From the sequence record PQ656108.1: a stretch of 64,000 nt of DNA. The stretch is one strand, 5' to 3'. Of this stretch, positions 44,088 to 53,400 are shown in pieces (the first letter of the stretch is position 1; the number at the start of each line of letters is the position of its first letter). Source of the stretch: Acinetobacter phage At2. The notes under the pieces were generated by a model that was not told the DNA's origin, ran no database searches, and worked only from the letters and a program-made list of their open reading frames with translations. Both the position numbers and the translations under genes were made by a program.

Positions 44088-46244
44088 ATGACTCAATCGC
44101 TTAAACCATTTGATCAGATGAATTATGATCCTGTTACTGAACAGCTTACAGACATTATGTGTGCTAAGACTCAGAACAATGAACGTATGTTCTTCCGTAT
44201 TGCAAACTCATATTATTGGGGTGTTCTGGCTTCCCAGATGCACGCTGTAATTGAAGGTTGGGGTAGCAGTAAACTACCTATCAACATCTATGCAATGAAC
44301 CTATCTCCATCAGGTACTGGTAAGGGTTATTCCACTGGTCTCATGGAAGATAGTGTTATTCAACGCTTCCGTGCTTCATTCATGGAAAACACATTTCCAC
44401 TTGCTGCAGAAAACAATATCCGAAAGCTAGCCAATGAACGTGCTAACCGTAAAGGGACTACATTTGACGATGAGTTCGATAGTCTAGTTAAAGAATTTAA
44501 CTCTATCGGATCACTTTTATTTAGCTTCGACTCGGCTACTGTTCCTGCAGTTAAGCAACTACGTCACAAACTTAATCTTGCTCGTGCAGGTGGTGTAAAC
44601 CTCCAGATTGACGAGATTGGTGCAAACTTGGTTAGCCAAGTGGAAGTAACTAACGCATTCCTTGAACTTTATGATAAAGGCATGATCAAGGACAAACTGG
44701 TGAAGTCTTCTGTTGAGAATACTCGCTACGAACGTATTGAAGGTATTACACCTACCAATATGTTGTTGTTTGGTACTCCAAGTAAATTACTTGATTCAGG
44801 CGTAACTCAACGTCACTTAACAGAAATGTTAGAGATGGGTTATGCAAGGCGTTGTTTCTTTGGATACATTCCAAAGGTTAAAAAGAACGTAACTGCTGAT
44901 GCTACTGACTTAGTAAACCAGATGTTTAACAACACTTCTGATGCTGCATTAGAGCAGTTATCTATTGGTTTAGAACAGTTAGCTGATATTAGCAACATGA
45001 ACAAAGTAGTTCGTATTGAACAACCAGAAGCAGTCTACTTAATGGAATACAAAATCCATTGTGACAAGCGTGCAGCATGTTTGAAAGATCACGAAACCAT
45101 TATGCGCTCAGAGTTAGAGAACCGCTTCTTTAAGGTACTCAAGCTTGCAGGTGCGTATGCATTCCGTGATTACTCACCACACATCACCATTCCACACTTA
45201 GAGGCAGCAATGCGTTTAGCTGAGGACTCTGGTGAGCACTTTGCACGTTTGATGCAACCTGAATACGATTATCAGAAAGTTGCACGATTCTTAGCTGAAT
45301 GTGGTTCTGGCGTAACACTACCTGACCTAGAACAAGCATTACCTTGTTTCCGAGGAAGTAAACAACAGAAAGATCAATTGATTGAGTATGCTGTTGCTTG
45401 GGGATACAAGAACAATATCATCATCAAGAAATTGTATGACGGTAACATCTTGTTCTTACGTGGTGAAACACTTCGTCAAACCAACACAGATGAATTGATC
45501 ATCTCTAGCTCAGACAAGCTGGCGGAAGGGTATCGCAATATCCGTATGCGCTTTGAAGACTTAGTACAGCTAGGTCAACATGATGGCGGTCATTGGGCTA
45601 ACCATCACTTCGATAATGGCCTACGCCGTGAAGACCATACTAAACTTGGTTTTAACATGTTGGTTTTTGATGTGGATGGTACATTGCCATTAGCTACTGC
45701 AATTGAATTGTTGAAAGATTACAAGGCATTCTTCTATACAACTAAACGTCATCAGAATGAAGACAAGTTGGATCGCTACCGTATCATCATGCCTACGAAT
45801 TACGAACTTGAATTAGATCGTGAAGAGTACAAGATGTTTATGGATAACGTCATGGGAGCACTCCCATTTGAAATGGATGAATCTTGTAACCAACGAAACA
45901 AGAAATGGTTATCAGCTAAGAGCGCAGTAACTCATTACAATGATGGCGAACTCTTTGATGTACTTCCGTATATCCCACGTACCACTAAGAACAGTGAACG
46001 TGAAGAGCGTCAGCGTGATCAGAAAGATCTTGATAACTTAGAGCGTTGGATCTTAAACAACACTGGTGATGGTAACCGTAATAAGCAGTTGTATAACTAT
46101 GCAATGGTCTTGTATGAGACTGGCTTACAGTTTACTGAAATTGGTGAAAAGGTTCGCTCATTGAACAATAAGCTTCAAGACAAACTTTCTGATGAAGAGT
46201 TGCAAGCAACTATTCTTAAATCAATTCAATCTAAAAACAAGTAG
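44088..46244 (+). CDS. putative DNA primase / replication initiation protein (718 aa)
   Basis: Large replication-block ORF between the nuclease and the ATPase; contains LVFDVDGT (a DxD motif also compatible with a HAD fold) and GTGKG; assignment mainly by synteny with N4-like phages. Confidence 0.4.
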   Translation: MTQSLKPFDQMNYDPVTEQLTDIMCAKTQNNERMFFRIANSYYWGVLASQMHAVIEGWGSSKLPINIYAMNLSPSGTGKGYSTGLMEDSVIQRFRASFMENTFPLAAENNIRKLANERANRKGTTFDDEFDSLVKEFNSIGSLLFSFDSATVPAVKQLRHKLNLARAGGVNLQIDEIGANLVSQVEVTNAFLELYDKGMIKDKLVKSSVENTRYERIEGITPTNMLLFGTPSKLLDSGVTQRHLTEMLEMGYARRCFFGYIPKVKKNVTADATDLVNQMFNNTSDAALEQLSIGLEQLADISNMNKVVRIEQPEAVYLMEYKIHCDKRAACLKDHETIMRSELENRFFKVLKLAGAYAFRDYSPHITIPHLEAAMRLAEDSGEHFARLMQPEYDYQKVARFLAECGSGVTLPDLEQALPCFRGSKQQKDQLIEYAVAWGYKNNIIIKKLYDGNILFLRGETLRQTNTDELIISSSDKLAEGYRNIRMRFEDLVQLGQHDGGHWANHHFDNGLRREDHTKLGFNMLVFDVDGTLPLATAIELLKDYKAFFYTTKRHQNEDKLDRYRIIMPTNYELELDREEYKMFMDNVMGALPFEMDESCNQRNKKWLSAKSAVTHYNDGELFDVLPYIPRTTKNSEREERQRDQKDLDNLERWILNNTGDGNRNKQLYNYAMVLYETGLQFTEIGEKVRSLNNKLQDKLSDEELQATILKSIQSKNK

Positions 46245-46272
46245 CCGTACTTCGTACGGTTACGTGCTTTCA

Positions 46273-46303
46273 AAGAGAGACACCTAGTCTCTCTTGCTTT
46301 TTG
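46273..46303 (+). terminator. rho-independent terminator
   Basis: AAGAGAGAC-accta-GTCTCTCTT followed by GCTTTTT. Confidence 0.55.
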
Positions 46304-46312
46304 GAGTCAATC

Positions 46313-47056
46313 ATGACAGCAGCGTTACAACAACTTAATGACAACTTAATTCTGATTGGTGGCGTATCAGGTGGTGGTAAATCCGCTAGCCTACGTAACC
46401 TTAAAGATCCAGAGGGCGTACTTTACTTAAACTGTGAAGCAGGTAAGAAATTACCATTCCGTAATAAGTTTAAAAGTATCGTCATCACCCGACCTGAACA
46501 AATCCTTGAAGGGTTTCAGTGGGCTGAAACACAGCCTCAAATCCATACCATTGTTATTGATACAGTCTCATTCTTAATGGACATGTTCGTATCAGTAAAC
46601 ATCATGGGTTCTGCAGATACTCGCGCTCAGTGGCAAGCATACTCAGAATACTTCAAGAACCTTATGCAACAGTACGTTGCTAAATCATCAAAGAACGTAA
46701 TCATGCTTACGCATGTTGCTGAAGATGTTGATGAAGAAAAAGGTATCCGTGTCGAACAAGCAGTTGTCAAAGGCGGTTTAGCTAAAACTGGTATTGAAGC
46801 ATTCTTCTCTCTTAACGTAACTGCACGTGCTGTGCCTGTGAAAGAGTTGGATAAACATCCAAGTGAATATTTGAACATCACAGAAGAAGAACGTGACGTG
46901 GGATATAAACATGTATTCCAAGTACGTAAAACCAAGGAAACTACTGGATCTCGTATTCGTGGCCCTATGGGATTGTTCCCGCCTGGAACTGTGTATATCG
47001 ACAATGACACTCAACTGTTATTGGATGTAGTACATGAGTTCTACAAAGAAGACTAA
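46313..47056 (+). CDS. RecA-like/AAA ATPase (Sak4-like single-strand annealing-associated ATPase, putative)
   Basis: Walker A LILIGGVSGGGKSASL; track start 46301 is TTG, ATG at 46313 preferred. Confidence 0.55.
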   Translation: MTAALQQLNDNLILIGGVSGGGKSASLRNLKDPEGVLYLNCEAGKKLPFRNKFKSIVITRPEQILEGFQWAETQPQIHTIVIDTVSFLMDMFVSVNIMGSADTRAQWQAYSEYFKNLMQQYVAKSSKNVIMLTHVAEDVDEEKGIRVEQAVVKGGLAKTGIEAFFSLNVTARAVPVKELDKHPSEYLNITEEERDVGYKHVFQVRKTKETTGSRIRGPMGLFPPGTVYIDNDTQLLLDVVHEFYKED

Positions 47057-47564
47057 AGCAGAACTTACACAAGAGCTGCTTGCTAAGGTATTAAAGTATG
47101 ACCCTATTTCTGGAACTCTTATTTGGATTTCTAACTTACACAGTAAGTCAGTTGTTCCAAATAGCCGTGCTGGGTATTTAAAAAAGTCAGGCTACCGAGG
47201 CATCTCTTTGTTTGGCGGTACTTACGCTGAACATCATCTTATCTGGTTTATCCATTATGGTTACTGGCCTAAGGGACAGATTGACCATATCAATCAGGTT
47301 AGGGATGACAACCGTATTGCAAATCTCAGGGAAGTGTCCGTAGCTGAGAACGCTAGAAACAGGTCTCGTAATCCTCACTCTAAGTTAGGTGAGCATGGAA
47401 TCTGGTTCAACAAGCGTACGTTTAAATACGTAGCTGAAATCACTTTAAACGGTAAAAAGGTTTACCAAAAATCATTCGATGACATTGATGAAGCAATCAG
47501 TGCTCGAAAAGCTAAATCACTTGAACTAGGCTTCCATCCTAATCATGGAAGCAAACAATCTTAA
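47034..47564 (+). CDS. HNH homing endonuclease with AP2-type DNA-binding domain
   Basis: HHLIWFIHYGYWPKGQIDHINQVRDDNRIANLREVSVAENARN (HNH_3-like) plus a C-terminal AP2-like basic domain; overlaps the previous gene by 23 nt. Confidence 0.7.
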   Translation: MSSTKKTKAELTQELLAKVLKYDPISGTLIWISNLHSKSVVPNSRAGYLKKSGYRGISLFGGTYAEHHLIWFIHYGYWPKGQIDHINQVRDDNRIANLREVSVAENARNRSRNPHSKLGEHGIWFNKRTFKYVAEITLNGKKVYQKSFDDIDEAISARKAKSLELGFHPNHGSKQS

Positions 47565-47575
47565 GGAAACATATT

Positions 47576-48268
47576 ATGTCATTATTCGGTGTACAACCTA
47601 CTGGTACTGTAGAGAAAGAACAAGATTACTCAAAACGCACAGTTGATTCTGGTGCTTATGAAGGCGTTATTAAAATGGCTTTCTTAGGTGCAGCTAAATC
47701 TGGTGCTAAGTTCATTACTCTGCAATTAAAGTTGGATAACGGTAAAGACTACAGTGAAACTGTGTATATCACTAACAAAGAAGGTAAAGTTACTTATACC
47801 AAAGATGGTAAAGAATACTTCCTTCCTGGTTACACTTTATTGAACAACATTGCAATTCTTGCTGCATCTCGTGGCCTATTCGACTTAGAGCCTGACGTAG
47901 AAACTCGTACAGTTAAACTGTATGACTACGATGCGAAAAGAGAAGTGGCAACTGATGTACCTGCAATCATTCCGTTGATTGGTAAAAAGGTATTACTCGC
48001 TATTAGCGAAGAAGAGTACGCTAAAACCAAACTCAATGATGCAACTAAACAGTATGAGCCTACTGGTGAATACGGTATTAAAAACCAAATTGTTAAGGCT
48101 TACTGCCCAGAGACTCGTAAATCTCCTGTAGAGTTACGTGACGACAAAGACGCATCTGCTTTAGACAATTGGTTAAATACTTTCGGTGGCAAACTCAAAA
48201 CTGTTGAACGTACTGCTGCCCCTGCAAATCAAAATGCAAATCCTACTCCTTCTGGTTTATTCGGTTAA
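47576..48268 (+). CDS. hypothetical protein, possible ssDNA-binding protein by synteny
   Basis: 230-aa ORF at the position where N4-like phages encode SSB, upstream of the resolvase; no motif confirmed. Confidence 0.3.
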   Translation: MSLFGVQPTGTVEKEQDYSKRTVDSGAYEGVIKMAFLGAAKSGAKFITLQLKLDNGKDYSETVYITNKEGKVTYTKDGKEYFLPGYTLLNNIAILAASRGLFDLEPDVETRTVKLYDYDAKREVATDVPAIIPLIGKKVLLAISEEEYAKTKLNDATKQYEPTGEYGIKNQIVKAYCPETRKSPVELRDDKDASALDNWLNTFGGKLKTVERTAAPANQNANPTPSGLFG

Positions 48269-48303
48269 TACGTAGGGCTTCGGCCCTACCACTGGAGAGC
48301 TAT

Positions 48304-48528
48304 ATGTCAGCATTAGAAATTGTTGATTATGTCCCTGATAAAACATTAACAGGGTTGCAAAATGCTCTTGCACGTAAAGCTCATTATGAGTCTGAATTGA
48401 TACGTGTAGATGCACACATACAACTAACTGCTCACATTCAACGTGAGAAGTTAGAAACATATATTAATACTAGGAATACTCCTCATGACCGAACAAATCA
48501 AACCCGAACCATCTCAAAAAGACCTTGA
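48304..48528 (+). CDS. hypothetical small protein
   Basis: ORF. Confidence 0.35.
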   Translation: MSALEIVDYVPDKTLTGLQNALARKAHYESELIRVDAHIQLTAHIQREKLETYINTRNTPHDRTNQTRTISKRP

Positions 48529-48817
48529 TGCTATGGGCATCAAACCAGAAGACGTTAAACTCGACTCTGTTGAACAGATGGGCCATATCGTCACTAACTG
48601 GCACTTCCGTGTAGTAGCAGACTTCCACCATAAACTCCGTATGCCAGAAGATGTAGGGATTGATATTCCTACGGGCGAACTGGATGAAAATGGTGAAGAG
48701 ATCATCATTGATGGTAATGAAGACCACAAGCGAGGTTTCTTAACTGGCCTACACTATGCCTTAGAACTTATGGATACATTCCCTATTAAAGGTGTACCAG
48801 AAGATGGCGAAGGTTGA
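48485..48817 (+). CDS. hypothetical acidic protein (110 aa)
   Basis: ORF. Confidence 0.4.
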   Translation: MTEQIKPEPSQKDLDAMGIKPEDVKLDSVEQMGHIVTNWHFRVVADFHHKLRMPEDVGIDIPTGELDENGEEIIIDGNEDHKRGFLTGLHYALELMDTFPIKGVPEDGEG

Positions 48818-48995
48818 TCTACAAGCCAAGCTATTAAATTCATTAAAGGATCATGCTTCTGTAGTTCAAGAAGTAATTAATGATCCTGAATTTGAAAAGC
48901 AACCTACTACTGTAAAGCTTGCCGTAAATATCTATACCCGTACACTGGCCCTTACAGTCAGCAATTGGGAAAAGGTATTTGATGACAAATCTTAA
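48804..48995 (+). CDS. hypothetical small protein
   Basis: ORF; start adjusted from 48792. Confidence 0.35.
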   Translation: MAKVDLQAKLLNSLKDHASVVQEVINDPEFEKQPTTVKLAVNIYTRTLALTVSNWEKVFDDKS

Positions 48996-49557
48996 AATTG
49001 TAGGGTTAGATCCTTCACTACGTAACTGGGGCATTGCTATAGGCAGTGCTCCTTTAGATACAGGTATCCTGTCTATTACAGACCTACGTACGATACACAC
49101 TACCCCACAACCTAAAGGGGGAAATGTAAGAGCATCTACGTGGGATATTCAATCAGCCTTTACATTATTTGAAGGTGTGTATGAAGCCATTAAAGATGCA
49201 GACATTGTCTGTGTTGAGGTACCACCTGGAAGCCAAGATGCAAAGGCTGCATTAGGACGGGGTATCTGTCTAGGGATCCTTGGTTCCCTATTTAGTAATA
49301 AACTGATCTTTGTAACTCCCCAATCCGTGAAGAAGATTATTGGCGATAAGGCAGCAACTAAAGCTGAGTCAGTAGCACTAGCTACCAAAAGGCATCCAGA
49401 AGCTCCTTGGCCTACTCACAGAGGTTCAGTATCTATCACTAAAGCAGAGCACTGTGCAGATGCAGTACATGCAATCTATGCAGCAGCTCAAACCAAGGAA
49501 TTCAACCAATTAATTCAGGAATACAAACATGCAAATCAAGTTCAAGAAACAAATTGA
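48979..49557 (+). CDS. RuvC-like Holliday junction resolvase
   Basis: KIVGLDPSLRNWGIAIG (catalytic Asp, as in RuvC ILGIDPG), IVCVEVPP (catalytic Glu), EHCADAVHAIYAA (H..D motif). Confidence 0.7.
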   Translation: MMTNLKIVGLDPSLRNWGIAIGSAPLDTGILSITDLRTIHTTPQPKGGNVRASTWDIQSAFTLFEGVYEAIKDADIVCVEVPPGSQDAKAALGRGICLGILGSLFSNKLIFVTPQSVKKIIGDKAATKAESVALATKRHPEAPWPTHRGSVSITKAEHCADAVHAIYAAAQTKEFNQLIQEYKHANQVQETN

Positions 49558-49990
49558 TATTGAGCTAGACCGTAATGACTTACTTGAAGCTGTACGTGAT
49601 TTACTTGCCAAACATGGTCAAGTAATTAGCAACCAAGAGCTTGAAGAAGTTAAGTTCATTAATTCACCTCAAACAGGTATTCGTGCAACTCTGAAAGTTA
49701 CTGAAGAGTCTATAAACGAAGACAAACCTCAAGTAGAAATCTCCACTGCTGGTGCTACAGTATCTGCTGTAGAACTAGAACCAGTAAAAGCGGAAGAAAC
49801 AGTATTTGAGCCTGAGCCTCAAGAAGCTCCAGGTGAAGTAGCTACCTCTACTGTAGAAGATGTTGCTCCTGCAGATGCTGCTGTAGACGAAGTAATTGAA
49901 CGTGCTTTCACTCCTGCTCCTGAAACAGAAGAAGAAGATGAAGCTGTTCCTGCAGATGCTGCAGAAGTTAAAAAGTCATTGTTCCACTAA
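49529..49990 (+). CDS. acidic hypothetical protein (153 aa)
   Basis: ORF with a Glu/Asp/Ala/Pro-rich C-terminus. Confidence 0.4.
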   Translation: MQIKFKKQIDIELDRNDLLEAVRDLLAKHGQVISNQELEEVKFINSPQTGIRATLKVTEESINEDKPQVEISTAGATVSAVELEPVKAEETVFEPEPQEAPGEVATSTVEDVAPADAAVDEVIERAFTPAPETEEEDEAVPADAAEVKKSLFH

Positions 49991-50172
49991 TGAAGATCGC
50001 AACCTACCTCATGCTTGGGGTAGTTGCTATTTTTATAATATTCGTAGTTGTTAGTGTTGTTATAGCAGCAGTACAAATATTAATTTTAGTGTTAGCTGTT
50101 TATGCAGCTATGTTTATTATATGGAAAGTAGCTACGTACTTTAGAAGTAGATCCAACAAGCCTCCTTCTTAG
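49990..50172 (+). CDS. small membrane protein (60 aa, two TM)
   Basis: Hydrophobic ORF followed by a terminator. Confidence 0.4.
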   Translation: MKIATYLMLGVVAIFIIFVVVSVVIAAVQILILVLAVYAAMFIIWKVATYFRSRSNKPPS

Positions 50173-50202
50173 GAGGCTATTTTTTGTAATAAGGAAATCA
50201 TT

Positions 50203-50460
50203 ATGCAATCTCGTGGTCGAGAATACCGTATCCGTCAAAAGCAACGTAAACGTGCTGAACAAGCTAAACGAGCAAAAGAAAACGGGTGGAATACTTCACC
50301 TAAAGCTATTGGTATTATGACTAATACCCCAACACCTTGTTCTGCTGAATGCTGTGGTAATGTCCGTAAACACTGTGGAAACAGTAAACACGGTAAAACC
50401 CAACAAGAGCTACAAAGCATTGAATATATGAAAGCTGAACTCAACCCCGAACCTGTATAA
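50203..50460 (+). CDS. small basic Cys-rich protein (85 aa)
   Basis: RIRQKQRKRAEQAKRAK ... CSAECCGNVRKHCGNSKHG. Confidence 0.4.
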   Translation: MQSRGREYRIRQKQRKRAEQAKRAKENGWNTSPKAIGIMTNTPTPCSAECCGNVRKHCGNSKHGKTQQELQSIEYMKAELNPEPV

Positions 50461-50466
50461 AACAAA

Positions 50467-50494
50467 TACCCCTCTTAATTGAGGGGTATTTTTT
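50467..50494. terminator. bidirectional terminator between convergent plus genes and the vRNAP gene
   Basis: TACCCCTC-ttaa-TTGAGGGGTA with a T-run downstream and an A-run upstream. Confidence 0.7.
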
Positions 50495-50495
50495 A

Positions 50496-53400
50496 TTAGA
50501 ACATACCAGTCATCATCTTGATTGGTAATGGCTCATCCAATGCACTTGGTAAGCCTAAAGCTCCACCACGCATAGGGTTACCCATGTTAAACCAAATCAA
50601 AGGATCAATACCAGCTTCTAAGTTAGTGAAGCTATTAATGAACACTGCTTGGGCCATAGCTGTAGCAGGACGCTTCTTAAGCAACTGGAACAATGCTTTC
50701 TGAATACGGATATTATATTTAGTAAACATAACAATACCCATATCGTTTAAGTACTGTAAGCCACGTGCTGTAGGTACGTCATAGTTCACAAAGTTATCAG
50801 AAGCAATCTGAATAGCATCTTCATGACTAAGCTTCTCTTTAGCCTTCTGAGTGTAGTACTTGTACATTACATACTTAGAACTAAAGTCAGAGAACTGGGT
50901 AGCGTTATTCAAGAACTTATACAAAGGAGTATCTGGAGATACAAATGCCCACTTAGCTGCAGTCTTAACAGATTTAGGTACACCACTTGTTAAGTTATCT
51001 ACCTTCTCCTGTAACCTGCTCTTATAAGAATAATGATCTGTAGATGGATCAACATCCTCAACAATAGTAGGCATCATACCTTCTTCAATAAACCCTGCTA
51101 ATGGGTTACGGCTAATAGAGTGCTCAAGAGCTAATGCCTCTTGTTCTAGCTTATTAAAGTCACCTACACCTGCACGTTGGTTCTGACGAATAGCCATTAA
51201 ACGTGCCATAGACTTACGATAAGCTAAACCAGAACGAATAGCTAACATACTGTCCTTAACAATATCAGTAGGACTTACACCATGAGCCATCAATAACATT
51301 GCGTTAGACATTGTATTTGCAAGCATGGTTTTAACGTTACGAATAACAATAATGTCCTTCATAAGGGATACACCTTCCTGCCAAGCCCTCTCAAACCTTA
51401 CCCCTTTCAACTTAGCGTTGTTACCAAATAACTCTACCATCGTACCTGTATAAATCTTCTCAAACATAGACTTAGCTTCATCCATCTTATCGAAGGCTTG
51501 GTTAAGCGAGTACTTACGATATCCAAACATAGTAAGTAAAACATCGTTACGTACTAGCATTCCATCTTTACCCCAAACACTTGTAATGTGTTGACGTGTA
51601 TCTTCTGGCAATAATGCCCAGATCTCACGTAAACCATAATCAGTAGAGTTAGGGCCTACAGTTACATACGCACGAGGATTACTTGCAAAGTTAGCCTTGT
51701 AGTCTTCGTACGCAGCATCTACAACATCATTGTTCTGATGCGGTACAGTAACCTTGTTAAAGTTGGTTGCAGCGTATGCACCTAGTAACTCAGCAAAGTC
51801 ATTATTACGTTCAAGCAACGTATCACGGTTCTTACCAGACATTTCATAACTGAAACCAATCACCTTACCTTGAGTATCGTAGTTAGGTACCATGTAGACA
51901 TTCTTGTCTGACATAGGGTTATAGTTCTTATCTGTAGGAACTGCACGACTTACTTTATTGATAGTTGCAGCTAACTCCTTACCTTCCATAAATACCTGAG
52001 TACCTTTACGGTTAGTAGATACGACCTCAATAGCACCAGATACTAAACGCTGAATGTTAGCTTCTTCTGTCATGAATAAGCGGTTAGTGTTTGTACGTGG
52101 ATCAGTTAAGTCTTTACCCAACACACGCACTTCTTTGTAGTACTGTTGCTTCAAGATCTGTGCTTCTGCATCACTACCTGCAATACGAATATCACGGTTA
52201 GGGTTAGTAATTTCAGGCATATAACCTTTAGTTACTGATACAGAGTTATCAGCAAACAGAGTATCTTTAGCTACCTTAGCAAGCTCTTTATGGAACTTAA
52301 TAGATGTATCAATACCATTGGTTTTGTTCTTTAACTCACGGTTGAATACACGAATTAATAAATTCTTAGTAGCGTTGTCTGTGTAGTTAATTGCATACAA
52401 TGAAGCTAACTTATCTGCTAATGCAATACGTGGATCATTCTCAGGCACCAATTCATTATTGAAACCAGAAACAACAAGACGAGCATTCTTAGCTAACCCA
52501 GGGGAAGCCTTACCTGTGATCATATATTTAGCCAACTGCTTAGCACGGTTAGCAATTACTTGATCATTTAATACAGATTCAATAGAGGCAATCTCTTTAT
52601 TATTGAATGACTTGTCAGCATACAACTTAGCAATCTCTTTAGTAGAGTATTGATCTGTTAATGCACCTAAGTCAGCACGTAACATAGTAGTGATTGCTGT
52701 CTTGTCATCTTTAGTTAAGTATTGACCATTTTCTTCAAACGTAGACATCACGTTCTTAGAAGTAGTATCACGCAGGTTCTCTTTAGTCTGGTTATTCAAC
52801 TTAGTAATACGAAGCATACGCTCAACTGCATTCTTAGTACCATCATTGTTAGCAGCTTCATTAATGATCTCACCAAATAATCCTAACTTTTGGTTAGGGT
52901 TATCCATAGTAGCCATCTCTTTAACTACATCCAGAGTAGTCCACAAATCACCTTTAGCAGATAAACGTGTTACGTTTGAAGCAAGACGTACAGCAGTAAA
53001 ACGAGACTTAGCTAATGCATCTTTTTCAGCAAGACTTACCAACCTATCACGTACTTTCTGAGATACACCATCAGTATAGTCAGTAAGCTTTTCCATCTGA
53101 GCCTCTAACTTACTTACAGCAAACTCACGGTTCTTAGCATCAATACGAGCAAGCTCTTTAGACAATAACTCTAGCTTAGAGTTTACTGCTTGGCCCTTAC
53201 GAGAGTTAGTCATCAAACCAAACACAAAATCTAACACCTTATTTACAGCTTCAACAATTCGCTCATAGTTAGTGTCTGGTTTAGTATCCACACCCGATAC
53301 AGCAAAGCCTAATAAACTATTTAATTGTTGAGAGCCTAAAGCCATAGCAGTAAAACGAGCTAATGGTTCAGGGTTATCACGACCTAATTTAAATAGGAAG

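Noticed and set aside
39322-49388. Overlapping ORFs in ThyX, RNR, nuclease, ATPase, HNH and resolvase genes (39322-39639, 39750-39938, 41225-41452, 42453-42722, 43164-43490, 46627-47014, 47187-47378, 48257-48460, 48470-48729, 48843-49100, 49149-49388)
   Set aside because: They are nested in genes with recognisable catalytic motifs and are most parsimoniously non-coding.
50235-50465. Minus-strand 76-aa ORF opposite the small Cys-rich gene
   Set aside because: The plus-strand gene has a better context, with the RBS-like AAGGAAATCATT ATG and a terminator.
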